A program made the position numbers and the translations under genes. From Ruditapes philippinarum (lineage: Eukaryota), in NCBI RefSeq assembly GCF_026571515.1, contig NW_026862413.1:1-64000 (forward strand): a stretch of 64,000 bases of DNA, in the 5' to 3' direction. The notes below the pieces were generated by a model. It was not told the origin of the DNA, did no database searches, and saw only the letters and a program-made list of their open reading frames with translations. Positions 13,754 through 25,669 of this stretch are shown in pieces. Position 1 is the stretch's first letter. Each line of letters begins with the position of its first letter.

Positions 13754-14400
13754 CCTTCACTTCAGTTAAAACATTAAAACATCTTAATTTCAATTTTGTA
13801 CTATGGTATCATTTACTCATTATGGGGGCTTAAATTGATTCATAAAGCTTTGTATGAATATTTCTCTGGATAAGTCGAAAGGATGCGTAATCTTCATTTG
13901 CATTTTTTTCAAGCAGATTTCACCCAAAACATAACGTATATTTATAGAAATCCCCCTTTGTGTATTTCTTGATACCAGTTGCATATAACCAGTAGTGTAT
14001 AGACGTTCAAATCCGAAAATGAAACACATATGCAAATTCATAACTATGAAAACCTCACCGTTACGATTTAAGATAACACTGTTAAACAATCAATTAAATT
14101 TCTATCAATTACTTTTAAATTGATGTACTGAAAGTTTATTCGATGTATATAAAATAATGCGATGCAAATGAGTCACGATGTTGTTTGTACTGTTTATGTT
14201 TTTATTTGGTATTGACTTATTATTTTTATATTCATATCATTTATTTATGAAGTGAGATTGAAACACATTTAGATTGCTAATAGGCTTAAAAAGTTATTGG
14301 CCACATATTTCTTTAGGCAGAACCGCCTTTATGTCATACTGTTAATAAGAAGCATCTTCCTAACATATTTGTGTAAATTGCATGTGTTACAAGAAATATT

Positions 14401-15037
14401 ATACAAATATGGACTTTTTAGCTGTTGAATATGATGTGATATGTACTGGAAAAATTAATATTGACCGAGCTGTTGAATATGATGTGATATGTACTGGAAA
14501 AATTAATATTGACCGAGGCGATAGCCGAGGTCAATATTAATTTTTCAGTACATATTACATCATATTCAACAGCTAAAAAGTACATATCTGTTTTATTATA
14601 TAATCTATAAATAGCCTTTTTATATGCGCTTATCACATCTGCCGATTTGCATACGACGCGAAATCATTATTTTTTAGGCTTGTCTACTGCTTTCCATAAT
14701 TAGGCCCTTTCCATTGGCATGCTAATCCCTATTTTTTCTTAAAAATGAAAAGCGGCTCAAGGTAACTAAAATAGACTAACTTTGACTCTTATGTACACCC
14801 ATCAGAATAATAACAACAAACTTGGCGCTGACATCACGTCAAAGTCTCGTCGTCTTTTAGGGATTTCCAGAAAATCTATTTTTAGAAGAAAAACCGGTGA
14901 ATTTACTCTGAAAATCTATTTTTAGGAAAAAAAACAATGAATATACTCTGATATTGACCTGTTATTTTTTTTAAAAAGTTGCTTGTTAGCCAATCAGGGA
15001 AAGGCATTTCAAAGCTATTTATAGATTATATAATAAT
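14401..15037. mobile_element. Hairpin-ended foldback insertion (possibly a non-autonomous Crypton-like element)
   Basis: Long hairpin 14413-14581 centred on ccgaggcgatagccgagg, with a 50-bp tandem duplication in the left arm. Perfect 23-bp inverted repeat at 14593-14615 and 15014-15036. Absent in the paralog at ~58690. Confidence 0.75.
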
Positions 15038-15390
15038 ATGTGTTTTTCGACTTCAATATGAAACTAATTTTAGTAAAACAATCGTTTAGAAGCTTTCTAA
15101 ATATATGATAAAGTAATACAAACCGTCTGAATTTATTACATTTCTATTAATAACGCAACAACAACACTAAAACAATCATTCATGTTTCATGTACACTTTC
15201 TGACATGTCTTGTCGTAATTCCAATTCTGGGATTTCCATAACCCAGGGGTAATTTGCTTCATATTTATTCTTCTCATTTCGGTCGGAATTATCTTAAATA
15301 CTGTTTTGAATTTTCCCTGAGGATGATTTCGAAACAATACCATTATATCTCAAAACGTTCTAGACATTTATGTTGACAGTGAGTATTTAA

Positions 15391-15910
15391 AGATCCTGTA
15401 ACACATTTTTTTATGGTTTTTTATAAAAAATATGATGAATAATATGATGCTCAAATTAAGATTTATCAATATTGTAAGTTCCAAAAAGCATTATTTATAA
15501 AGATATTACCGAATTTAATATTTCATGAAAATAAAGGAGGTAATTAGAAATTTGTTTTCTATAAAATTCTAAGTCAAATTGTTCAATACGAAATGAATGC
15601 ATATAATTAAATGATTACATTTAATATGTACAAATATTTGCAGTACATATTTTACATATTCTCCGATGTTTGAAAATTGTTGTATTAGCATATTTATATA
15701 CATATATAGTTTCTTGCAAGTGTGGTATACGAACGAAGAATGGGCTACAGGAAGATTCAGCTTGACAAAGACGTCCCCGATGTGACTACCTTAGTGGACC
15801 GGCAAGGATCCTATCTTCTCAGACATATGGAATTTCCGGCGCCGAGTATAAATAAACCGAAATAGAAAGAAAGATAGTATACAACCACAATTACAAAGTA
15901 TACAGGATCT
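15391..15910. mobile_element. Non-autonomous DNA transposon, Kolobok-type (AG...CT termini, TTAA TSD)
   Basis: TTAA|agatcctgta ... tacaggatct|TTAA. Absent at the paralogous sites ~33190 and ~59030. Confidence 0.85.
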
Positions 15911-18900
15911 TTAATAATACAAACGATGTTATTTTAATGCGAAACAAAATCATAAGTATTATTTTCTGTCAGTATTAACGTTTTAGATACTTAAATAAGA
16001 AAATCTCACGAATGTATGTGTTACATTTTCAGTAAGTGTTTACCTCGCAATGTCAGTAAACGTATTTGTTCTTGTTCTTCATTGATACGTGTTGTTCTTT
16101 CTTAATATCTTAATCTCCTTCTGCTGCCTTCAAAACAGTTCCGTCATATGCATCTATTATATATCTCGGGGGAAGGAGGGTATTACTTCTGCCAATCCTG
16201 TATCATTGCCTTACATCATTCAACTTCTTGAAAAACGAAAAGAATATGTTTTACCTTAAGAATTACAACTCGAAAAAAGAAATCATGATAAATTTAAAAC
16301 ATCTGTTAAAATCAAAAATTGTTTCTAAGATGATCTCGTGAACAGTTACAGTTACCTCTAAATGTTAACCCAGAGATAAAATGTGCAAGCACTTGTACTG
16401 ACAAGTTGAGAATAGATACATAATGTAGCATAAATTAAAGTTATGTTTAATCATTTTTCAAAAGTCCATCTATACTGTTTAGCAGCAGATATATAACTTT
16501 ATACACTTTAAAAGAACATTAGCATAAAACAACCGACACAAAATCAAAATAAGAATAGTACTATTATTCTTGTCAAAACTTGAAATAACTGGGTGAATAT
16601 TTACTTTCGTTAACTAAGATATCGTTTGGGAAAAGAACAAAACACAAATACATTTTAAACACATTGTGAAAGAGAATAACAAAAGTTTTTAAACGCATGT
16701 ATGAAAACAAAATGGTTGTAGTATTGCCTTATAATAGTCTGATTATATACTACATTTTGGACAATTCTTTACGCTCGTACCATTACATCTGTAAAATGCA
16801 GAATAATAATTAGGTTTTACAGAAAGTTTTGTTGTACTAAATTATGTTGTTTTCTAAATATGATATATATTCATGTAATTCGTTTCTTCCCGGGAAAGAG
16901 CAAATGGCGAATGTAGCAACTCATTATAAAACAATTTAAACTATTCTTAAATAGCAGCATTTTATTTTGTCTGTTAAGATTTAATATCTATATTTCACTG
17001 TTTATACAGTCATTATATAATAATATGCCATCAGATTAAACTTGATACCCTTTAACGTTTGATAGTTTTCTTTAAAGATAATGCATTGTCAACTTTTTAT
17101 TTCACCTTAGTCATTTTTCTAAATTATATTAAATTTAGATAATTTTTAAATTTCCAGTTTTTCATCCTGCAATCAAAGGGATATCCATGTGTATGTTTAA
17201 AAAAAAATCAACGAAGGTAATGATCACGGTTACTTGATAATTACCCATCTATTGTACAAGGCGCAACAAGATAGTTTAAACTCATGTTTCTTAAGCAGAC
17301 ATGCGTGTTATCGTTTTTTAAACCAGATTTCCGCATTCCTTTAAAATGTCTATGTGCACTTCAATTGCGCAAATGCGAAATGTTGACCCGAAAGTAAAGT
17401 ACAATTGGTTTCCGTGACGATAAAGCTATATCAATAGATGTCATTCATTACAAGAGTGGTAAAACATACAGCCAGCTCGAGAATTGACCTCGAAACCAGT
17501 CTATTTCAAATGATTAAATGATCGCATCTTAAACGAAATAACATGAAACAAAATGTTATCAAGTGAGAAGAATGGATGCAAAAACATTTAATTAATTGAT
17601 TTTCGTGTTTCCCTTGTATACTGGTGGTTAGAAAAATGATCTTATCAATTTGTTAAAAGATTCAAAGATAGAAAATTTTATTGACAGCCGACTATTTAAT
17701 ACATCAGAATGAAAATAATCTATTTTGTATTTCTGCAAAACGATTACATTAATATATCAACTCAAAGTAACATTTTGACATCTTACATTACATAAAATTT
17801 AATGAAAACAATTTATTTACTTAATTAATGAAACAGAAAATCGCATATCGAGTTCGCTTTTTCGGAATCTAAACATTCTAAATATAATTTTATAAAAATG
17901 AACGCTTGTGAATATTAGCATGAGTTTTGTATATAAAGGTAAATTTTGATATAAATTATTATATATTATCTTTTAGAATTCAAAAAATGAATTGTGTTAT
18001 GTAAAGCATTGATATATGTTTTAAACACATCAATATGTAAAATACATAAGAGTAGTTGTTCATTTGCCTTTATTTAGATTTAACATACTTAAGATATTCA
18101 TAGATTTGTTTATATATATTGTGATAGATATGTATGTAAATCTATTTAAAAAAAACACATCGCGTGTACAAGACAGTGCAAAATAGATCAAAAGATGGGA
18201 ACGTACAATTATATTTTCATCTAAAACTTGAAACACAATTCAAGAAGTAATAACATTTCAATTAGTATAAGTTAGCTGGAATGTAAATATTTGGATATTC
18301 AACATAATATTACATTTTGACATAAATGTGTGAGTTTGAAAATCAATTTCAAGACATCATCGCTTTAATATATACAATAGATCATCAAAAATATACAAAT
18401 AGAAATAAGGCATACGAGGACATAAAACGAAACTTTAAGAAGTTTAAATTCTAACCAAAGTGAACTTATGAAGTAGCATCGCAATAAAGCAATTATACTA
18501 ACGAAATATCTTAAATAATGAATGCATGATTTTTACATCTTAAAACAGGTCATTTTTTATAAGTCCATTCACGTATAATCATCATGACATATATTACTTC
18601 AGTCAGAAATTCAATACATGTATGTAAATAATTGGTGTTTTGCTTATCAAATTAATATTTGATTTACAGAAATGTGTAGATATATACCTCTGAGGGGACA
18701 GTTATATCGTATTAATACGATTTTAAGTCATTGGCGTTGACTTGAAGATAAATAAAATGAAATACATAGTGTTCTACGGCTAAATATGCTGTCCAGATAT
18801 CTTTGTTAACGAGTTTGTTTCTTAAGAAATTGTTTTAGGTTTAATAAATTTTATGTAACAAGAATTTTACAGTGTTGATATAACTGATATCATTCTGATA

Positions 18901-19754
18901 CAACCAATGCTGTGATAAGCAATGGAAGCGATACACTTTTCAAATAAATATTTTCACAAATACAAATATAAAGTTGCATTGTATTGCATGTTTTTCCTTG
19001 AAGTATGCTTCTTTAAAAATGATGTTTTACACCAGTCGACGGCTTATTCAACCATTAAACTTGGTTTACTTGACATTTGCTTATCTTTAGAGGCAATTAT
19101 ATACGCTGTGCTTATTTTCATTTTTTAAAATTTTATGTGCATCCAAACACTTTAAGATGTGTACATTTACAGCCGTCAATAAACTATATTCCTCATATGC
19201 ATCTCGACAATGTTCTTAGCATTTCAAAATCGTATTTTAAATACCTAGTGACTTTTATGTGTTACTAAATAAATTGTTTTTAAGATTCAACATTAATTGA
19301 CTAAATTTTTTAAACAACTGCATCAGTTTTGATAATCTGTTCAGTTAATACTATTTATTTTCCTTGAGTCGGACAGGAGAATATTTTTGGATGTTATACT
19401 ATAAAATATTATTTTCCTGAGCATACTTTAACGAACAAATTTGAAAAAAAAAACTTGCATTTATCAGTCACAATTTACATCAACTTTTTTGTGTTTTGTT
19501 AACGTCTTTGAACTATGTGCATTTGATTAAAATAAACGTACTTTTTACTGTAATCTCAGTAGTTAAAATGAAATACACACTGAAAATAACTTTTAATTCG
19601 TCATCAAGACATGTTTTTGCCACACTGGGTATTTAACTCAGACATTTCACAATCATCTAATGAATGCAGACAAATACGTGCTTTGTTTTATAAATAAATG
19701 AAAATCAGCAAGTATAAGCATACTTTGAGTTCACATAAGAACTACAAATTTGAT

Positions 19755-19840
19755 ATAGAAAACAAAAGAATCCCCAGAGTTTAAAACGACAAATGATGCA
19801 GTCGGGGCTCGTTTGAGCCTGTTCATGGACGGTATTTGAA
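19755..19840 (+). other. Unidentified structured element, 3'-truncated copy E5
   Basis: atagaaaacaaaagaatcccc...aaatgatgcagtcggggctcgtttgagcctgttcatggacggta. Confidence 0.75.
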
Positions 19841-22729
19841 TCTCGTTTTTGTTTTGGTTTTGTTGTTGCCGCTGCTGTTGTTGATGTTGTATGTAGCTAT
19901 GTGTACTTAATGGAAAGACAAATGCTATCTAGTTATGTAAAAATTCTGATATATGAGTATTTCAATATATTTCATACCTGTGAACATCATATCTTGATCA
20001 AATCAATATTGAAATTTTCCCGTAGAGGTTTATATTTAAAATTGTTTATGTATACATGCACGCGAATATTTGAAAGTAATAACTAGGATAATGAGTCACA
20101 GCAACAGCAAACATTATTGAGAACAAAAACGATAGACGGAAGATTTTAGTGGATATTATACGTAATCTAGATGACAAAAACATGATATATAATGAGTTAA
20201 AGCTTTGAATATATTATTACAATGCTATGTATAACAAATTGTATTTAATTTTATTTAGTTACCAAGATATAACTATTTTATTTTTATTAGTGAGCTTTAT
20301 TTCCTGCGTTAAAGTAACATGTGTATGTTTAAATGTAATAATGTATAACAGTTCAACGTGAACGATATGTGTAACACTAATAAATGTTAATATTAAATTG
20401 CATTTTAGACATCTATGCAAAGGTTTGATAAAAATATTGAGATGGGCTATCCCGCTCTTGTTGCAACATCTAGCTGACAAAAATTAAACAACCATTTAAC
20501 TGCATGTCTACTTAAGAATTGCTAGCATGCCCATTGTAATTATACAGTTATTTTAGTATTTAATGTAACCAGATAGAGCCGAATTTTTACACAATTCCTA
20601 AGTGTACCCAGAAGGAATATTTTCTCTCTCATACAACTCCTACGACATAACAAAAACTTTTCCTGTAGCGCAAATTCACGACATTTTTGCTAAAGTATTG
20701 CTTGATTGTTAAAACCAAAACTTGAATTTGCTGTTCAATATACTGATCCGGAACGGTTTATTATTTTTAGGTTTGATACGTATTCATGTGTGTTAGATTA
20801 TAAAAACGCACTTTAATATAACTCTTCCGGGAATCCACAATACGATTGCAGGAACAATATAATTTTTATCATTTACAAATTTCATTAAAAATATTTCAAT
20901 AGGCATCGCTATATAATTTTACTGTACATATTTATAAACAGGAATAACTATGACGTTTTAAATGCACACTATTTCGGATGTTATTGGGCTTAACTGATAT
21001 TTGTTTGAAGAGTGGTATTGTTAATTTCAAAGTCCTATGGGATTTATTTTTTAAGAAATAATCATTCCGAATTTTGAAGATATCTTGTTTACAAATTAGT
21101 TCCTGGAGGAAATCAGATAGACTATAAATCAATCTTGTAAATGTAAAATGTTACAGGATTTTATATTAAATAGAACAGAGAAATCGTTTTAAAGGTAATA
21201 AGAGATTTTACGTTATCATTGTCCTGGTATTCGTAGGATTAAAACAAAGAAATAAATATCTGATATGTATATCTGTAAAATACAAGAACAACAAGTATGT
21301 TATCATTAGATTATACGGAAACAAGTATTTTATATCATATATGTATACATATTATTGTATTATATTACAGAATGGCACACATCAAATAAAGGTATTATAA
21401 TGTATATATATCCTTAATTCTGGACAATAAATAGTCGTCAGAAACTTCTAACGAAGATACCATGGTAAATCACGTGACAATTGTTGTAATGATTGGTATA
21501 TGCATATGAATAAAGAGACATGTTGTAAACATGTTCTGATATAATACTTCGACGTTTTTTATCATTTGCTTTATCATGTAACATTTTATGAAATAATATC
21601 TTTTCCTTACAAACGTCAAAATATTTATAGCAATGATATATTACCAATTTCCTGTCTCTGTTATATAAGACAGTTTGATAGATGACTTTTTCTATATAAT
21701 GTTACAATCGTAAACATGTTTGTCTAAAATAATAAATATAATCTTTATATTTATTTCGTTAAATAAATTAATAGGCTCTGTGTAATAAATAATAGTCTGA
21801 ACAATATTTCCTTTGGTTATATTAAAATTTAACTCATTCGAATAAAACCGAACAAAATCATATGCCAATTATTATTGGTTATGTGTTTTTTTATACGTTA
21901 TGTTCTTGTATTAAAACATGCACAGTAAGCGGGTTACTCCATTGTCTGTTGTATGCATTGTCACAATTAACAACCTCTTGAGACATTCCATAACCGGTTG
22001 TAAATTAATGATACACATGTATATAAAAATGGTAATCATTATTCGTAAACCGCGCACAAAAGATACTGCACGTCACAAAACAATACAAACTAAGCACTGT
22101 TGCATAGCATTAAATTCCTGAATGAAATCGGAGAAACATCCAACACCGTCCTGGATAAGTGTCTTGAACAAAATATCTACAAACAGAAAACAGTATATCA
22201 GCTAATTTTTGCATCAAATGGCATTGTTTAATATAATTTTCAGGCCAAACATATGTGGTTAATTATTTTTTTTTTATTATTACCTGACCGTTTGCTATAA
22301 TGTCTAATTGCGGATATCTTAGTCGTTAGATATAATGAAAAGATAACATAGACAGTTAAACAATATATGCTCACTTTTTACCGCTGTTTATATAGTTAAA
22401 TCAAACTGTTATATGTACATTTTTTCCCTGTTTTTTTTAGATTCTATTTGTAAACCTGGTTGAACACTTGATAAAACAAATAACTCACAAAGTCACTGTA
22501 CCTTTTATCAAAGAATATTTAAGATATAAAAAATATCATGCTAGTTAATTATTGTTAGATGCAATTTAGAAAATACAACGGTTCATTGACAACATGTATT
22601 TAATAAAAATTTACTAAAAAATTGTAATATGAAATTCCCGGACCTGCATTATGTCCTACATATAACTATATTTGATCTCAATCTAACTATTTTATGTAGT
22701 ACTACGTTTATTTAAATGTTAAGTTCATA

Positions 22730-22820
22730 CAAATTTATTTTAGCCCTATTGTGTTTGAAGCTATAGGCTTATTAACGCACTCTCGAATCCGTTCCTGAAA
22801 CCATCTAGTACTAGGCTATG
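22730..22820 (-). mobile_element. Probable bivalve SINE fragment
   Basis: The minus strand agtactagatggtttcaggaacggattcgagagtgcgttaataagc...ctaaaataaat resembles the cagtactggttggttccaggaacggattcgag core of bivalve SINEs. Recognised from memory only. Confidence 0.5.
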
Positions 22821-23303
22821 TATGACTGTCATCAAAGTTTATTCGGCTAATATATAAAGCTGCATTTCACCATCAAAGATTTTGTATTAAAAGATATAAT
22901 AATTTTGTGAATTACTGCCTTAAATATTTTGATATATTTTTGATATATTTGTAATAGCTATCATTGTACTGAAGTGAGATTTATGTCAAAGTATAATTGG
23001 AAAACGAAAAAACTTTTACGAGCCTTTCTGTTAGAAATAAGCATTCTAATTTTGAAATTGTCTTATTGACAGACTTAATTAGTTCCTGAAGGAAATAAAG
23101 AAGACAGGAAATCAATCATGTTAATGTAAAACGTCAGATTTGTTAACTTCAATGAAAAAGATAAATCCTCAGGAAATCAATTCTTTTCGGAAATTTGCTT
23201 TGAGTTATATATCGCTACATTCCAAAAATGGTTAAATCGAATAGGTGGCAAAATATCACATATTTTAAAGTTAACATAGCTCCAACTACAGGAAAGAAAA
23301 AAC

Positions 23304-23510
23304 TATAATGGCCGATTTGTGCTAAGTCGCTCCTTTTTTGCATTTCACTCCGATGGACACCAGGCGAAAACAATTTTATCGTACTTTCGTTTCGCGGGAC
23401 ACCAGTCAAAACACGACAAAACGACAAAGTAACTATAATGTCGGACATTCACTCTGCGGGACGACAAGCACACTTTAGAAAATACGACATGGTACAAATC
23501 AGCTACCATA
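23304..23510. mobile_element. MITE with ~25-bp imperfect TIRs
   Basis: Left end tataatggccgatttgtgctaagtcg; right end cgacatggtacaaatcagctaccata. Interior has cgacaaa/gcgggac repeats and is GC-richer than the flanks. Confidence 0.65.
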
Positions 23511-25669
23511 CTAGGTAGTCATTTTACAATTTAAAAACACTTTCTCTATACTATAACAATATTAGGTCACGTGGTTTAGCTTATAAAACTCCTTCACTAT
23601 GAGGTGGTTAGTAATTTAGCCTTAGAAAATGTTCTAAGAGTGTAATCGATCAAGCTGCCGAAACAAATTCCTGATAAATGAAACAAACATATTAAATTAA
23701 ACAATCATAGACTCAATAAAGAACGTAATGTATGTGATATTTCTAGACATTTTATAAAAGTAAGCCTATATCTTACTATTTTGATGGCTCGCCTTTCAAG
23801 GTCAAGTCGTAAGTTATATTACTATTATAATAATAAAATGATTTGTGGTTTGTAGTTTGTAGTTTTATCGATATTTCCTTATAATATACCAGCTGTGTTA
23901 TTTGCGACAACCTAAAATGGAATGGACAAAATTTACTCTTTTCTGTGTATAGACGATGAAAACAGATGTACTCTTGTTTGAGGACATGAATATGTTGACA
24001 CTGATGTGAAATGCATACTTTTTTAATTGCAATATTTCTCTTTAAGTACCTCATTATCACGACATTCCTAGCTAATCTCGAGTTATTTCGAGTTATTTCA
24101 AAGGAACGTTGTAAAACAGAAATGAAAAACAAAAGTGCATGCTACCTCTCTGTCACCGTACATATTCGAAGTTTGTTAAAATAATGTATTTATTTCAAGG
24201 TTTGAAATGAGACTGATTTGCAACGTGCACCAAGCGATTTAAGGATTAATACATTGTTGAGTATAACACTAAATTTTATTGGACGAGTACTAAGCTGTCA
24301 AACTTAAATCGACGGCCCGATATCCAGGTCTGATATAGCTTTTGCAGTTGTGTACGAGAATAACAGAATCAGTATTGTTGTACAATAACAATCGTATCAG
24401 TATTGTTCTTAATCATGTTTAATGACCTCCACTTCACTCCACCAGTGTTTGACATTTTAACAAAATTGTGTTACTTAATTACAATACATTTGTAATAAAT
24501 TGATAAAGAAAATCTATAATAACTAAATGATGCGGGATATTCGTTTCATATAAACTTTTGGGACTCATCAAATGAAAACGAGACTGCTTGGGGTGTGGTA
24601 TAGATTCAAAATTAACCTTTTGGACTCTGGAAATAACAACGTGGGTATAAGGGGTATTATATGGATTTGATATAGCGTTTTGTACTCTTGAAAAGAAAAG
24701 CGGATAAATTGATAAAATTGGATCCAATATTGATTTCTTTCGAACGTCACATGGTGCAACTAATGTAAATACATTGGTTATTTTTATAAGGTATGAAATG
24801 ATAAACAAAATGAGGACGATATAAAAGAATTGCTCTTTTTGACGTTCTTTCTAGTTTTCTCAAGTATTCTCTAAATTATTCAGTGAGCCTGTGTATATTT
24901 TGAATGTTATAATCTCTCAGCTAATTAAACACTTTGATAAAATTCAAATAGGGTTAACATGCTGCAACACAATAATTATCTTAAAGTCATTTACTTCCTC
25001 TATTTTCGAAGCGAGTCTTCTATTTATAAAACAGAAAGATCAGCGGCTATATTAATAACAAAGTGTCAACTATATAATGTAAATAACTTATTCTGCTACT
25101 TTGTTTATGATCAAGGAACTTAGGACATTATACTTTACGGTGTTTTTATATTATAAAAAGAACAGCACAGACTTCTATTATAAAGACAACACTAGTCTGG
25201 GAAACGCTTAAAATATGTTTAAAAATGTATGCAATACAAACTCACGTCGATTATCTCTGAGACTAGCAATTTGTTATACAACGGTACCAACATGCACTCA
25301 CTGTATCTTTTATAGTATTAGTTCAGTACATAACCTATACTTTTTCGAGTTTTCTGCCTTTCATGTTTTGCAATCAACATATTAATTAATTTTACTTTAT
25401 TACAAATTGGTACTTATTGTCCTTTTTAAAATTGTAGATGTAATATTTTTTATACCTTTATAACCTACACAAATAAGACAAACTACATGTATATCAATGT
25501 TAAGGTTTTATAATAATTGTTTACATTGTATCTCATTTAATTGCTTTCAACGGTTTATTAGGGAGTAATAGCAAATCATTTCTTCTATGATACTTTGTTT
25601 ATCAGTTGAACATGTGTTATTAATTCATATATTGTATGCAATATTATACAGGAAAAAAAACAGCATGTA

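Larger units (their letters stand above)
1668..19850 (+). repeat. Segmental/tandem duplication unit 1 (paralog of 40707-63555)
   Basis: Colinear homology by eye. It starts at gtcatgtaaagaaagtcgaaa (1671 vs 40711) and continues through 2400/41350, 6533/45463, 8424/47338, 10600/49640+55575, 13500/57810, 15200/58850, 17100/60800, 18200/62400 and 19700/63370. Roughly 90% identical proximally and patchier distally. Confidence 0.95.

Noticed and set aside
15317-15336. Hammerhead-like CTGAGGA...GAAAC (also 33142) and minus-strand CTGATGAAACGAAAC near 10064-10078
   Set aside because: No stem II pairing, no stem III with a UH cleavage triplet, and the core is not kept in paralogs.
24310-24352. RPDI / RSDIAFAV words resembling the Ty1-copia RT motif TRPDIAFAV
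   Set aside because: Too short, with no supporting flanking frame or LTRs.
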